Part shown: positions 1 to 9,691 of the stretch, in pieces
Layout: the number at the start of each line of letters is the position of its first letter
Numbering within the stretch: the stretch's first letter is position 1
From: Minisyncoccota bacterium
GTDB lineage: Bacteria; Patescibacteriota; Minisyncoccia; Minisyncoccales; JAQTPW01
DNA length: 64,000 nt
Assembly: GCA_028712565.1 (NCBI GenBank)
Contig: JAQTPW010000002.1
Location: 35,601-99,600 of the forward strand
Direction of reading: 5' to 3'
Program-made: the position numbers and the translations under genes
Notes under the pieces: model-generated
Seen by the model: only the letters and a program-made list of their open reading frames with translations
Databases searched by the model: none
Told to the model about the DNA's origin: nothing

Positions 1-515
1 ATTAGCAGTGCCGGAAGGAATAAAGCAATTCCAAAAAAAATAGAAGCTAATCTTTCAAGTAAGCAAACAAAACAAGCCCCCAAATTAGTTACGCCGCACC
101 CGGTGCAGGAAAAATCTACACTTGTAACTTCGCCATTACCAACTATCACATCTTCTCCATAAATTTTGCATATTGCACCGCCGGAGCCATCGCAACAATA
201 ATAATCCGGATGGTCGTCTATGGTATATTTTAAGGAGACGCCCTTTGCCACATTTAGGCATGCCGTTACACAATTGCCAGTACTCCATTCTCCAGAGCTT
301 TCGCTTTGTCTTGAAATGGATTTGCACTCCGGTGATTCCGGAGGCGGAGTCCCAGGGCAAGAATAACTATTCGCAGTCCCTCCCCATCCATCCTCACAGC
401 CGAGGGGTGGATCAAACTGTGCTTCTGCGATTCCGTTATTTGATAAAACAGGGAATACGAATACCCCTAAGATTATAAGCGAGAAAAATAAAAATTTTTT
501 GGAATTTTTAAGCAT
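1..515 (-). CDS. Cys-rich secreted protein with pilin-like hydrophobic C-terminal segment (3' end cut by window edge)
   Basis: Not in the supplied ORF track, because it has no stop inside the window. My translation from the ATG at 515-513 gives MLKNSKKFLFFSLIILGVFVFPVLSNNGIAEA (signal peptide), then a Cys-rich region (..GCEDGW..SYSCPG..ECKS..GNCVTAC..YYCCDGSGGAICK..FSCTGCG..), then LGACFVCLLERLASIFFGIALFLPALL. This is the same layout as the C-terminus of 17928-19685. The listed ORFs 136-360(-) and 173-478(+) are other frames of this region. Confidence 0.6.
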   Translation of the reverse strand, partial: MLKNSKKFLFFSLIILGVFVFPVLSNNGIAEAQFDPPLGCEDGWGGTANSYSCPGTPPPESPECKSISRQSESSGEWSTGNCVTACLNVAKGVSLKYTIDDHPDYYCCDGSGGAICKIYGEDVIVGNGEVTSVDFSCTGCGVTNLGACFVCLLERLASIFFGIALFLPALL

Positions 516-633
516 TAAATTACTATACCATAAATAATAGAAATTATTAAAAAAGATTGATTAAATTATTCTATTATAACATTTTTATTAAAAAATATCA
601 GAATCCTTTCAAATTAAAGAGGATAGCTTTTGG

Positions 634-1296
634 CTATCCTCGGGAATATAGTATGGTTTCGTCTCCAAATTCAGAGCTATTAATTCTGTGTTTGCTATAA
701 TAAAGATTTATTGTGCATTCTTTTATTTCATCTGAGTTTCCCATGCCGGTCTTATCCGATAAAATTTCCCCCGGTTCGATTGTAAATTGGGTAGGATAAA
801 TGGTTGTTCTTTCGCCGTTTGGATCTCGGTAGCAACGCGGGCACAAATCTATCCAGAGACATCCTCGCGCCTCGTTGTCTTTTTTAATCAGGGTGATCCG
901 CAAGGATATATGTTCTCTAATTCTGTCAGCTTCTGTGATGGCACTAGTCTTATAAAGTTCCGGCTGGTGAGGGGCTATTTGTTTTTTTGATATGTTTGTT
1001 ACCGTAGTGGCGATAAAATATTGTGTTTTTCCTTTAACTACTTCTGATTTAACATAGGGAGAAAATTCAACCTTAAGCATTGCTTCCAGCCATTCGAGAT
1101 CGGTAATTTTCTTGAATGAAACCGGGATATTGTAGTTAGAAGCGGGTGTGGTAGGGTCGGGCAGCTTGGTTGCTTCTGGAGTCACAAACGACCCCTTTGC
1201 TTCAGAAGCTGCGGGTGCGCTGGTGCATCCGAAACCTATGGTTATGAGAAGAAGTGAAAGGAAGACAATTATTATTGCCGTTATTTTCCGTTTCAT
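634..1296 (-). CDS. putative lipoprotein, unknown function
   Basis: N-terminal signal peptide with a lipobox-like LLITIGFG-C. No recognisable catalytic motifs. Confidence 0.55.
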   Translation of the reverse strand: MKRKITAIIIVFLSLLLITIGFGCTSAPAASEAKGSFVTPEATKLPDPTTPASNYNIPVSFKKITDLEWLEAMLKVEFSPYVKSEVVKGKTQYFIATTVTNISKKQIAPHQPELYKTSAITEADRIREHISLRITLIKKDNEARGCLWIDLCPRCYRDPNGERTTIYPTQFTIEPGEILSDKTGMGNSDEIKECTINLYYSKHRINSSEFGDETILYSRG

Positions 1297-1432
1297 CTGT
1301 TAACCTCCTTTTTGATATTCTGTCTATTTGATATTCTGTTTATTGTTTCTATATTAACTTTGGAAAAAGCTTATATATTAAAATATAGCTGATTTTATCT
1401 TAAACAAAACAAAACGATTTGTCAAGCCCTTA

Positions 1433-2731
1433 TTAATAAATTATTAATGATTGTTTTATCGGCAGTTCAATGTAAAATGCGCTGCCGTTGTCTTTTCCTT
1501 CTGACTCTGCCCAGATTTTTCCTTGGTGAAGGTCAACGAATTTTTTTGCGATATAAAGCCCGATGCCAATTCCTTCAGTATGGAATCTTGACCCGGCAGA
1601 TCCCCGGGAAAAACTTTGGAAAAGCTTGTCTTTTTCCTCTTTTATAAGCCCGACTCCCGTGTCTGATATTTCAACCAAAACAGAATTGTTTGTTTTTTTA
1701 GTTTTTATTGTCACTCCCCCTGTTTCGGTGTATTTTACTGCATTATCAAGAACATTAATCAGCACCTGCCTTATTTTATCTTCGTCAATCATAATGTCTG
1801 GCGTGGGATTTTTTTCCCATTTTAAATAAATTTTTTTCTTTTTCGCTTCTTGGATCAATACGTCATAGGCCTCGGAGATTATATGGTCCAAATTTATTTT
1901 TTGAAGGTTTAATTCCATTTTCCCCGTTTCAATTCTGGAGACGCTTAATAAATTATTTATTAATTTAATCAATCTTTCATTGCTCTGGTAAACATTTTTC
2001 AATTTTGCGCTGATTTTATTGGAAACTTCTCCGTAGTTTCCGTCTAAAATCATTGATACGTATCCTTTAATTGCCGTCAAAGGAGTTCGCAATTGATGGG
2101 AAGTAATGGAAATAAATTCCGACTTCGCCTGATCAAGTTTTTGCAATTCTTCATACGCCACCCGTAATTCTTTTGCAGTTTTTTGTTCTTTTATGACACT
2201 ATTCATAAAAGAATAACTATAGTATCCTATCAAGCTTATTGTGACAATTCGGAAAAAAACGAAGAATAAAGATGCAATATTTAAGGCCGAATGCGTTATA
2301 TATATCTGGAAACCATAATCTCCAATTGTGCTGAGAATACCCATCGCAATTACAATTAAAACTGCGGGTAAGCTGAAAGTAAATGCGGCTTCCATTACTG
2401 CCAAAAAGAAAAAGAAGAAAAAGGGCCCATTCATGCCGCCAAATATAAAAATAAGCCAAATTATAAAAACAGCATCGGCTACCGATTCGAAGTATGTAAT
2501 AATTCTAATTGGTTTATCTTTAATTCGTGCCCGAACGGTGATAATAAGAATAATGAGACTATAGAACAATGAAGCACTAACGCCAACTCTTAAACCATTC
2601 AATTGGGAAAATCCATGAAGCCAAATTATTTTCGATGAAAATACAATAAAAACATTAAAAACAATAAACTCTATGCCAGTTCGTACTAACATTACTATAT
2701 CGTGCGCGTCTTGAGGAAATTTTTTCTTCAT
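1433..2731 (-). CDS. membrane sensor histidine kinase (HisKA + HATPase_c)
   Basis: Multi-TM N-terminus. H-box SHQLRTPLTAIKGY, N-box NAVKYT and G-boxes DTGVG / GIGIGL. Confidence 0.85.
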   Translation of the reverse strand: MKKKFPQDAHDIVMLVRTGIEFIVFNVFIVFSSKIIWLHGFSQLNGLRVGVSASLFYSLIILIITVRARIKDKPIRIITYFESVADAVFIIWLIFIFGGMNGPFFFFFFLAVMEAAFTFSLPAVLIVIAMGILSTIGDYGFQIYITHSALNIASLFFVFFRIVTISLIGYYSYSFMNSVIKEQKTAKELRVAYEELQKLDQAKSEFISITSHQLRTPLTAIKGYVSMILDGNYGEVSNKISAKLKNVYQSNERLIKLINNLLSVSRIETGKMELNLQKINLDHIISEAYDVLIQEAKKKKIYLKWEKNPTPDIMIDEDKIRQVLINVLDNAVKYTETGGVTIKTKKTNNSVLVEISDTGVGLIKEEKDKLFQSFSRGSAGSRFHTEGIGIGLYIAKKFVDLHQGKIWAESEGKDNGSAFYIELPIKQSLIIY

Positions 2732-2815
2732 AAGATTTTCAGCATTATTTATATTATCAGTTTTAGCACATAAATCAAAAAGGAGAGTGGATACCCGCTC
2801 TCCTATGTATGATAT

Positions 2816-3919
2816 TTAAGATTTTACAGAAACTAATTGCTTCTTAGAGACAATAAGTTTCTTAATTTTGCGTTGTTTTGGTAATGGAATGGCATTTCTT
2901 TCAGTTTTACTGTAAACCCTGAGATAAAAACCGAGATTACTGTCCATTTTTAATTCCCAACCAGTGTTATTATTTGATAATAGTTCATGTTTCGATGGAT
3001 CTCTCAGATAGCTTAGAATCGCCCCATTTAACGTGAGAGGCCACCGCCATGTTATAATGCTGGGAAAAATAAAAACAGGAATAATGCAGAGATCATCGAA
3101 CTCGATCACTTTCGAAGATAGGTAAGTAGTAATTTTTTCTAGCACACCTCTTTTCTCCGGCATTACATGATGTTTTAGCCGTGAATGGTAAACTAGATCA
3201 AAATAATTCTCCGGTAATGTCTCTAAATTGAAAATATTTGTTGTTAGAAACACTACTGAAAACTTTTGCGTTCCCTGATAAGAAACCAGATTTTTCATAA
3301 TTGCCAAGAAGGCGTCTTTTCTGAAATTTGGGACATCACTGAATTCCGTTAAGCTTGAGGATGGCAAAGAAGAGAGGTTTTTAAATGCCACATCACTCAT
3401 TCCGGACGTGCAGTCAACGCCTGCAAAAATTACCGGATGAGTAAAATTTTGTTTAACAAGCTCTTCGATTATTTGCCGTTCCAATTCCATACTGCCGCAA
3501 CCAATATCCAGTAAAATAATCGGTTTTTTCCTTCCTTGCATCGACATGATTTCACTGATAACCCGTTTTTTTATTGGCTGGATAATTTTTGGGAAAAAGA
3601 GTCTTTCAAGTTTAAGAAAACGTTCGTGTGTTTTCTTTTGCCATTCTGGTAACGGCAGATCCGCAAGCTCAAGAATTTTTCCTCGATTCTTTCTGATTTT
3701 TGGCGCTCGGAAAATCAACCATCTTATATAGAGAAATGGATAACGAATGGCTTTGAAAAATTCAATGTTTAATTCTGCTGCTTCCTTATATTCGGGATTT
3801 AGCTTTAGTTTTTCAAGATCAGAAATAATTTCATTAATCTCCGCATTTCTTTTGATAGAAATCAGATGAATAGTTGCGGTTACGACAACCAAAATTATGA
3901 ATATGACCAATATAGGCAT
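2816..3919 (-). CDS. membrane-anchored class I SAM-dependent methyltransferase-like protein
   Basis: N-terminal TM helix. Motif I-like ILLDIGCGSMELE followed by acidic and aromatic motifs. Confidence 0.45.
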   Translation of the reverse strand: MPILVIFIILVVVTATIHLISIKRNAEINEIISDLEKLKLNPEYKEAAELNIEFFKAIRYPFLYIRWLIFRAPKIRKNRGKILELADLPLPEWQKKTHERFLKLERLFFPKIIQPIKKRVISEIMSMQGRKKPIILLDIGCGSMELERQIIEELVKQNFTHPVIFAGVDCTSGMSDVAFKNLSSLPSSSLTEFSDVPNFRKDAFLAIMKNLVSYQGTQKFSVVFLTTNIFNLETLPENYFDLVYHSRLKHHVMPEKRGVLEKITTYLSSKVIEFDDLCIIPVFIFPSIITWRWPLTLNGAILSYLRDPSKHELLSNNNTGWELKMDSNLGFYLRVYSKTERNAIPLPKQRKIKKLIVSKKQLVSVKS

Positions 3920-4068
3920 TCTAATCTCCTTTCTTGTGATTTTCTATTTAATATATTTTAAATACAACTCGATGTAGTTGTTAAATTAGTTAAGGCATAG
4001 AACCCACTAATTGCTGATTAAAAAATAACACAAAAAAATAATTTTGGCAAAAATCTAAGCAGCGAAAA

Positions 4069-6246
4069 TTATTCCATCGGCAGTTCGACGAAGAAAGTGG
4101 CGCCCTTGCCTTTTCCCTTTGATTCTGCCCAGATTTTGCCTTGGTGGAGCTCCAAAAATTTTTTAGCAACATAAAGCCCGAGGCCTGTTCCTTCAATAAA
4201 CAGGTCAATGCCGGCAGAGCCCCGGGAAAATCCCTGGAAAATATTTTCCAGCTCTTCTTTGGTTAGCCCTTCTCCGGTATCTTTTATTGAAAATAAAATA
4301 GATGATTTTTTCTTTTTCGCTTTAATTAATATTTCTCCTTGGGTTGTGTATCTGATGGCGTTGTCAATTAAATTCAAAAATACTTGCCTGATTTTTAAAG
4401 CGTCTACTTCAATTTTTGGCAAAGCAATTTTTGGCTTTTCAAACGTCAGTTTTAAATTCTTCTTTTCCACTTCGTGCTCCAATTCTTCAATACAGGAGCC
4501 AACCAAATCCAGAACCTGCATCTTTGATTTCTCGGTTTCCATTTTTCCCAAATCAATTTTTGAAATATCCAGTAAGTCATTTACCATTTTAATCAATCTT
4601 TCATTTGATTGGGTGACATTTGTCAGCTTTTCTTTTGCCTTGTCTGAAATCGGCCCAAAGCTTCCTTCGATAAGCATAGACACATATCCCTTAATTGCAG
4701 CCAGCGGGGTTCTCAACTGATGGGATGCCATTGAAATAAATTCCGATTTTGCTTTGTCTAGCGTTTTTAATTCTTCATACGCCACCCGTAATTCTTTTGT
4801 CTGTTCGTCCACTTTCCTTTGCAGGTTTTTTGATAAGTCCTGCACTTGTCCGTATAGTTTTGCATTCTGTAAAGCAATTGATGCCTGGTTTGAGAGATTA
4901 GTTAATAACTGGACATCCTGTTCAGAATAAGGATCTCCGGAAATCTTATTTCCCAAAACAATCATCCCGATTATCTTGTCTTCCATAAACAAGGGTATGC
5001 AAAGAGACGCTTCAATTTTTTTCATATTCTCTCGCAAATATTCCAGCTTTTCTTTTTCGGAAGCTTCCCGGGCATCCCGGATGATTAATAATAACTCTTC
5101 ATATACCAGCGATTTTTGGGTTCTTTCGAGATAAGTGGTAAGAAAATTATCTTTAACCAAGGAAATGCCGTTTTCTTCCTTAAATCCTACATTCTTTTGG
5201 ATTTTATATTCCCCGCTTCCTGTTTCTCGCAAGAGAATTACTGTCCTGTCCAGCTTCATAGTATTTACCAAAGTATTGGCTATTAAAGACGTTAATTTAT
5301 CCAGCTCCAAAAATTGGGTTAATCTTCTGCCCAAGTCGGCAAATACGGTTTGGTAAGAATAAAAAGTGTAATAAAAATATTTTGCGGCAAGGTTTTCAAA
5401 AAACCGGAAGATGGGCTGGAAAACAATGATGCCGATTATTAAGATTGAAATAGAAACAACATTTAGCGGCATTGCCGGCCATAGCCGCGCGTGGCCGAAT
5501 AGCAGCAAAACCGCCAGAAGGATAACCGAAATAAAAGAAAAAAGGTATATCGCGCTTCTGCCCAAGACAAAACGCAGATCCATTAAGCGGTATTTAACGA
5601 TTGCATATCCAATAATTCCCAAGAAAATAAGAATAGGTATAAAGCCGAATGGATAGAATTCGTGTCCGTAGTTAATCAAAAAATCAGAAGAAGCAAATGC
5701 GTAAAAAATTATGGCTGTTAAAATATATTTTGTCTGCGATTTTTTTAAAAAAAATCCAGGCCCCTTTTTTATTTCAACAAAAAATAAATAGATTACTCGT
5801 ACCAATAATACACCGATAAATAAAAGGAAAAACGGGTGTAAAAAATTTGCTTTTGGATAAAATCCCCAAAAGAATTTATAATAGCCATTTATAAAATAAT
5901 TAGTGGAGAATAAAATAATTTCAAATGCGAGCGCGACAAAATAAGACAAATAAAGTGTTATTTTGTTAAATTTATCCTTTTTTTCTAAAAAAGTTATAGA
6001 AAAACGCAAGAAAGTTACTGGTAAAAATATTATTCCAATATAGCCAATTTTTACTAGTATTTCAGCTAACCCAACATCTCGCGTATTAAATAAAAAAAAC
6101 CAGCTTAACTGCCACCAAGAAGTAGTAATGCAAATTAATAGAAAAGTAAAATTAATACCCGATTTCCGGTTCTTAAAAAAAACAAAACCCCCCAAAAATA
6201 AGAACAAAATTGAACTTAAAATTGGGGGGATTGAAAGCGGGTTCAT
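4069..6246 (-). CDS. multi-TM GAF-domain sensor histidine kinase
   Basis: About 300 aa of TM helices, a GAF-like middle region, H-box SHQLRTPLAAIKGY, and the HATPase motifs DNAIRYT, DTGEG, GTGLGL. The kinase core is paralogous to 1433-2731. Confidence 0.85.
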   Translation of the reverse strand: MNPLSIPPILSSILFLFLGGFVFFKNRKSGINFTFLLICITTSWWQLSWFFLFNTRDVGLAEILVKIGYIGIIFLPVTFLRFSITFLEKKDKFNKITLYLSYFVALAFEIILFSTNYFINGYYKFFWGFYPKANFLHPFFLLFIGVLLVRVIYLFFVEIKKGPGFFLKKSQTKYILTAIIFYAFASSDFLINYGHEFYPFGFIPILIFLGIIGYAIVKYRLMDLRFVLGRSAIYLFSFISVILLAVLLLFGHARLWPAMPLNVVSISILIIGIIVFQPIFRFFENLAAKYFYYTFYSYQTVFADLGRRLTQFLELDKLTSLIANTLVNTMKLDRTVILLRETGSGEYKIQKNVGFKEENGISLVKDNFLTTYLERTQKSLVYEELLLIIRDAREASEKEKLEYLRENMKKIEASLCIPLFMEDKIIGMIVLGNKISGDPYSEQDVQLLTNLSNQASIALQNAKLYGQVQDLSKNLQRKVDEQTKELRVAYEELKTLDKAKSEFISMASHQLRTPLAAIKGYVSMLIEGSFGPISDKAKEKLTNVTQSNERLIKMVNDLLDISKIDLGKMETEKSKMQVLDLVGSCIEELEHEVEKKNLKLTFEKPKIALPKIEVDALKIRQVFLNLIDNAIRYTTQGEILIKAKKKKSSILFSIKDTGEGLTKEELENIFQGFSRGSAGIDLFIEGTGLGLYVAKKFLELHQGKIWAESKGKGKGATFFVELPME

Positions 6247-6267
6247 ATATTATCTTAATTTATATTA

Positions 6268-6759
6268 TTAAACAACATATTGCAACACCGCTTCTTTGAG
6301 TTCTGCAGGAATTGGCGCAGGTCTCCCTTCATTATTTGTGAATACTAAAACTTGCCAACCTTCAGCTATTTTTTTACCGGTTTCTTTCATTATAAAATCA
6401 ACGGATATTTTTGCACTAGTTTTTTTGACTTCGCCCACGACAATCTCAATGATTATTTCATCTCCGAAATACGCCGAAGAAATATGTTTGATATAGGTTT
6501 CGTGGGTAACAATTTGTGCTCCAGATGAGGCTAATTCGCGGAACTTAGGGAATATAGATGCAAAGAAAATTTCTCGTGCCTTCCCGAGCATATCAGAATA
6601 ATTAGCCCAATAAACAGTTTGTTCATTACAAGTATCCCCGATGCTGACGAAAACAGAATATCTAAACTTATTTTTGGTTTTCCCTATAGTCATTTTCTTG
6701 TTTTTGTTTGGCGGAGCTATTTTTGCGATTCTCGGCGCTGATTTTATCTGTTCAACCAT
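6268..6759 (-). CDS. hotdog-fold (4HBT/YbgC-like) acyl-CoA thioesterase
   Basis: Length and pattern (VFVSIGDTCNEQTVYWANY...THETYIKHISSAYFGDEIIIE) fit 4HBT-type thioesterases. The true start may be the internal Met at 6693. Confidence 0.5.
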   Translation of the reverse strand: MVEQIKSAPRIAKIAPPNKNKKMTIGKTKNKFRYSVFVSIGDTCNEQTVYWANYSDMLGKAREIFFASIFPKFRELASSGAQIVTHETYIKHISSAYFGDEIIIEIVVGEVKKTSAKISVDFIMKETGKKIAEGWQVLVFTNNEGRPAPIPAELKEAVLQYVV

Positions 6760-7162
6760 TATTTTTTTTCTCCTATTCTTAAATTTTATCCTGCTAGAAT
6801 ATATCTTAAAGCCTTAAAAGCTGAAACAATTTTAAAACAACTGAAAATATAATAACAGGAATAATCGTTTTTGTCAAAAAGTAATTTTGTGGAGATTGAC
6901 AACGCATTCTGACTTGTTAAGGTTGAATTAGATACGAAATCCTATGGGACAAAGAAAAATAGGCGACACTGTATATATGAAAACAGAAGATAATTTTTAT
7001 CATTACGCGCTTTCAGGCTCTGAAAATTAAAAATAATGCAACTTAGCACATTACCAATTAAAACCAATGATACATGCGGTTTTTGCAAGTATTTTGGGCA
7101 GAATGCTAATTTGATCAATCACTTTGGAAGAGTTATTATAAAATTACGGAGTAAACAAAATT

Positions 7163-7474
7163 ATGAAAGAAGTATTTTATAAAGTGTTACAAGTCAATAA
7201 AGAACTACTAAAAGACTATCATGATAGCTTGGGATGGTTTTTAACCTGTCAGTTAGATGAGGGGAAATTACCCGATTACGTCATTTATATCGGTACCAGA
7301 AAGATGGAAAAAGAACTGGAAGGCATTTACCACGAAAAAATGACAAACAAAGAGGCGATAGAGAAATACCTTAACGAACAAGGAATCAAAGTGGAAGAGA
7401 TGGAGCCGCCGAAAGGTATAATCGAAAGGACTTTTGCTAAATTAGGGTTTCGGCGCGGCGGAAAGGTCGGATAA
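7163..7474 (+). CDS. hypothetical protein
   Basis: 103-aa ORF with no motif recognised. Confidence 0.35.
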   Translation: MKEVFYKVLQVNKELLKDYHDSLGWFLTCQLDEGKLPDYVIYIGTRKMEKELEGIYHEKMTNKEAIEKYLNEQGIKVEEMEPPKGIIERTFAKLGFRRGGKVG

Positions 7475-7482
7475 ACTCAAAA

Positions 7483-8757
7483 TTATTTTTTATTGTTATT
7501 TTTTTCTTGATTAAATAAAACGATATCTCGATACGGCTCATTAATAATATTCGTTTCTTTTAGGCCAAGCCTTGAAAGAAGATTCATATTTTTATCTAAT
7601 GCCATTTCCCTATCGCTTTTTTTGATATTAATGCCTTCTATTTCTACAAACCATCCGGCATTTTCCACGTTATCAATAGTTATCTTTTGATTTCCCAAAT
7701 CGTACGTTTCTCTTTCCTTTATTACTTCGGCAACTTTTATAAAATTGAGCGCTTGAAGCAGCGATTCCGCTTCTTCTTTTGAAGATTTTAATAAAATGTT
7801 AAATTCTGGCTTCCAAAATTGTTTTTTATTATCCATATCCTTTGTGGTTGGCCCTTTGTAAGTTAATTCTAAAGCATCGTCTTTTTGCCTGATTCGCAGG
7901 CATATTTTTGATTTAATAAAATCTTCGTAGGCAGAAGTAAAGTATGCATCTTTTTCTTTCTTTTTTTCTTTTAAAATAGCTCCCAACATAAGCAGTTTTT
8001 TTCTTATAGAGTCGGCTTCTGATCGGTTTATTTTTACCTTAATTTCTATTTCTTCACCCTGATTTGAATCCATTAAAGAAGCATAAAAGTATTTCCCTTC
8101 TGCCCCACTTTTTTTGATAATTTCATTGGCTTTCATTTCCGTTAATTCTTGCCAAGATGTTCCCGGAAAATTATTTCTGAAAGATTCAACAATGTAGACA
8201 CCTAGTTTATAACCAATCCATTTTGGCAGGATTCCCTTGCCATAAAACCACTCCGCATGATTATAACTGCCGCCTTTTCCCTCGTCTCTTTTTCGGATAA
8301 TTTTTAGAAAATCAGAAATCTCTTTTTCGTTAAACTTGGCCCACGGCGCGACAAATGCTTTCCATTGCTCTTTTTCAAAGACCGAAGCTATTCCTTCGCT
8401 GACAATCGTCTCTAAAAGAGTGTTGCCGTATCCAATAGATCTCCAGCGGGCGATATGGTTCATTTCGTGGTAAATATTTGCCGGCAAATATTTTTCAATT
8501 ATATTTTTTAAGCCGCATTTTTTATTTTTTGGATCGATGTAAATCTGAATCCAGTCCCCGGACGGCGTATAGCCCCCTTCTCCGGTTTCCGGCATCGCCC
8601 AAGAAGGCTTAGGATAAACCGTTATCGTAACATAAGGTATATTCAAAAGCCGGCCCGCCGCCAAAGCGTGCTTTTTTATTGTTTTATTCAACAAATCCTT
8701 TTCTTCTTTAGGAATATCAAACCCGCTTTTTACATAATTTATAAATAGTTTGGTCAT
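7483..8757 (-). CDS. fusion protein: DUF2268-like putative Zn-metalloprotease domain + CYTH (CyaB/ThTPase-like) domain
   Basis: N-terminal half has YHEMNHIARW (HExxH) followed by ETIVSEGIASVFE. C-terminal half starts with the CYTH signature EIEIKVKI (ExExK) and has the pattern ...LRIRQ...LTYKG...FVEIEG. Confidence 0.6.
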   Translation of the reverse strand: MTKLFINYVKSGFDIPKEEKDLLNKTIKKHALAAGRLLNIPYVTITVYPKPSWAMPETGEGGYTPSGDWIQIYIDPKNKKCGLKNIIEKYLPANIYHEMNHIARWRSIGYGNTLLETIVSEGIASVFEKEQWKAFVAPWAKFNEKEISDFLKIIRKRDEGKGGSYNHAEWFYGKGILPKWIGYKLGVYIVESFRNNFPGTSWQELTEMKANEIIKKSGAEGKYFYASLMDSNQGEEIEIKVKINRSEADSIRKKLLMLGAILKEKKKEKDAYFTSAYEDFIKSKICLRIRQKDDALELTYKGPTTKDMDNKKQFWKPEFNILLKSSKEEAESLLQALNFIKVAEVIKERETYDLGNQKITIDNVENAGWFVEIEGINIKKSDREMALDKNMNLLSRLGLKETNIINEPYRDIVLFNQEKNNNKK

Positions 8758-8764
8758 AATAATT

Positions 8765-9613
8765 TTAAACTGATTTTGCTAAGTTTTCCCATTCAGAGAG
8801 AGTTAAGGTTTCGGCGCGGCGAGAATGGTCTATATTGTTTTTTTGGAGCCAAGATTTGGCTTTTTCTTTATCAATGTCTAGACCTTTTGATAAATTATTG
8901 ACTAGCTGCTTTCTCGGCTGGGAAAAGCCGGCTTTTACAACTTTGAAAAACGAATCTGTGTCAATTTGCGGCAAATTAGCGCCTATTCGTGGTAAATTCG
9001 TGCAAATTCGCGATATCCGAATAATCGCGCTGTCCACTTTTGGCTGCGGCCAAAATGATTTTTTGGAAATGTAGCTTATAATTTCCGGCTTTGCGTAAAA
9101 TTGGACGGAAACAGCCAGAAGGTTCATATCGGGAACTTTTGCGCAGATTCTCTGGGCAACTTCTTTTTGGATTATAAAAACCATCTCATCTGGCGGATTT
9201 TCAACTTCCAGAAACTTTCTTATAATCGGCGCTGTTAAATAAAAGGGAAGATTTGCTAGAACTTTATAGGATTTAGAATTTGGGATATAGGATTTAAGAT
9301 TTATCTTTCTGGCATCTTCTTGCACGACTTCAACATTGCCAAAATCCGCAAGGGTTTCTTTCAAAATCTCTATCATTTTTTCATCTTTTTCTATGGCAAG
9401 GACCTTTCCTACTCTTTTGGCTAATTCTTGGGTTAGATTTCCAATTCCCGGGCCAATTTCCAAGACAAGGTCGTCTTTTGAAAGGTTTGCCGCGCAAATT
9501 AGCTTCTCAATTGCGCCTTTATTTATCAAAAAATTCTGGCCGAACTTCTTTTCCGGCCGGGTTTTATGATTTTCAAGCAAGTTTTTGACGGATTCTTTAG
9601 AGGCAATATCCAT
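8765..9613 (-). CDS. rsmA: 16S rRNA (adenine1518/1519-N6)-dimethyltransferase
   Basis: FGQNFL motif, SAM motif LEIGPGIGNLT, NLPFY motif, typical length. Confidence 0.9.
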   Translation of the reverse strand: MDIASKESVKNLLENHKTRPEKKFGQNFLINKGAIEKLICAANLSKDDLVLEIGPGIGNLTQELAKRVGKVLAIEKDEKMIEILKETLADFGNVEVVQEDARKINLKSYIPNSKSYKVLANLPFYLTAPIIRKFLEVENPPDEMVFIIQKEVAQRICAKVPDMNLLAVSVQFYAKPEIISYISKKSFWPQPKVDSAIIRISRICTNLPRIGANLPQIDTDSFFKVVKAGFSQPRKQLVNNLSKGLDIDKEKAKSWLQKNNIDHSRRAETLTLSEWENLAKSV

Positions 9614-9691
9614 AAGTTTATCTTACTATAAAACAGGGGCTGTGGAAAAAGCCCTTGACTTGTGCGCTAGATGAGTTAAGTATAGAGAAGA

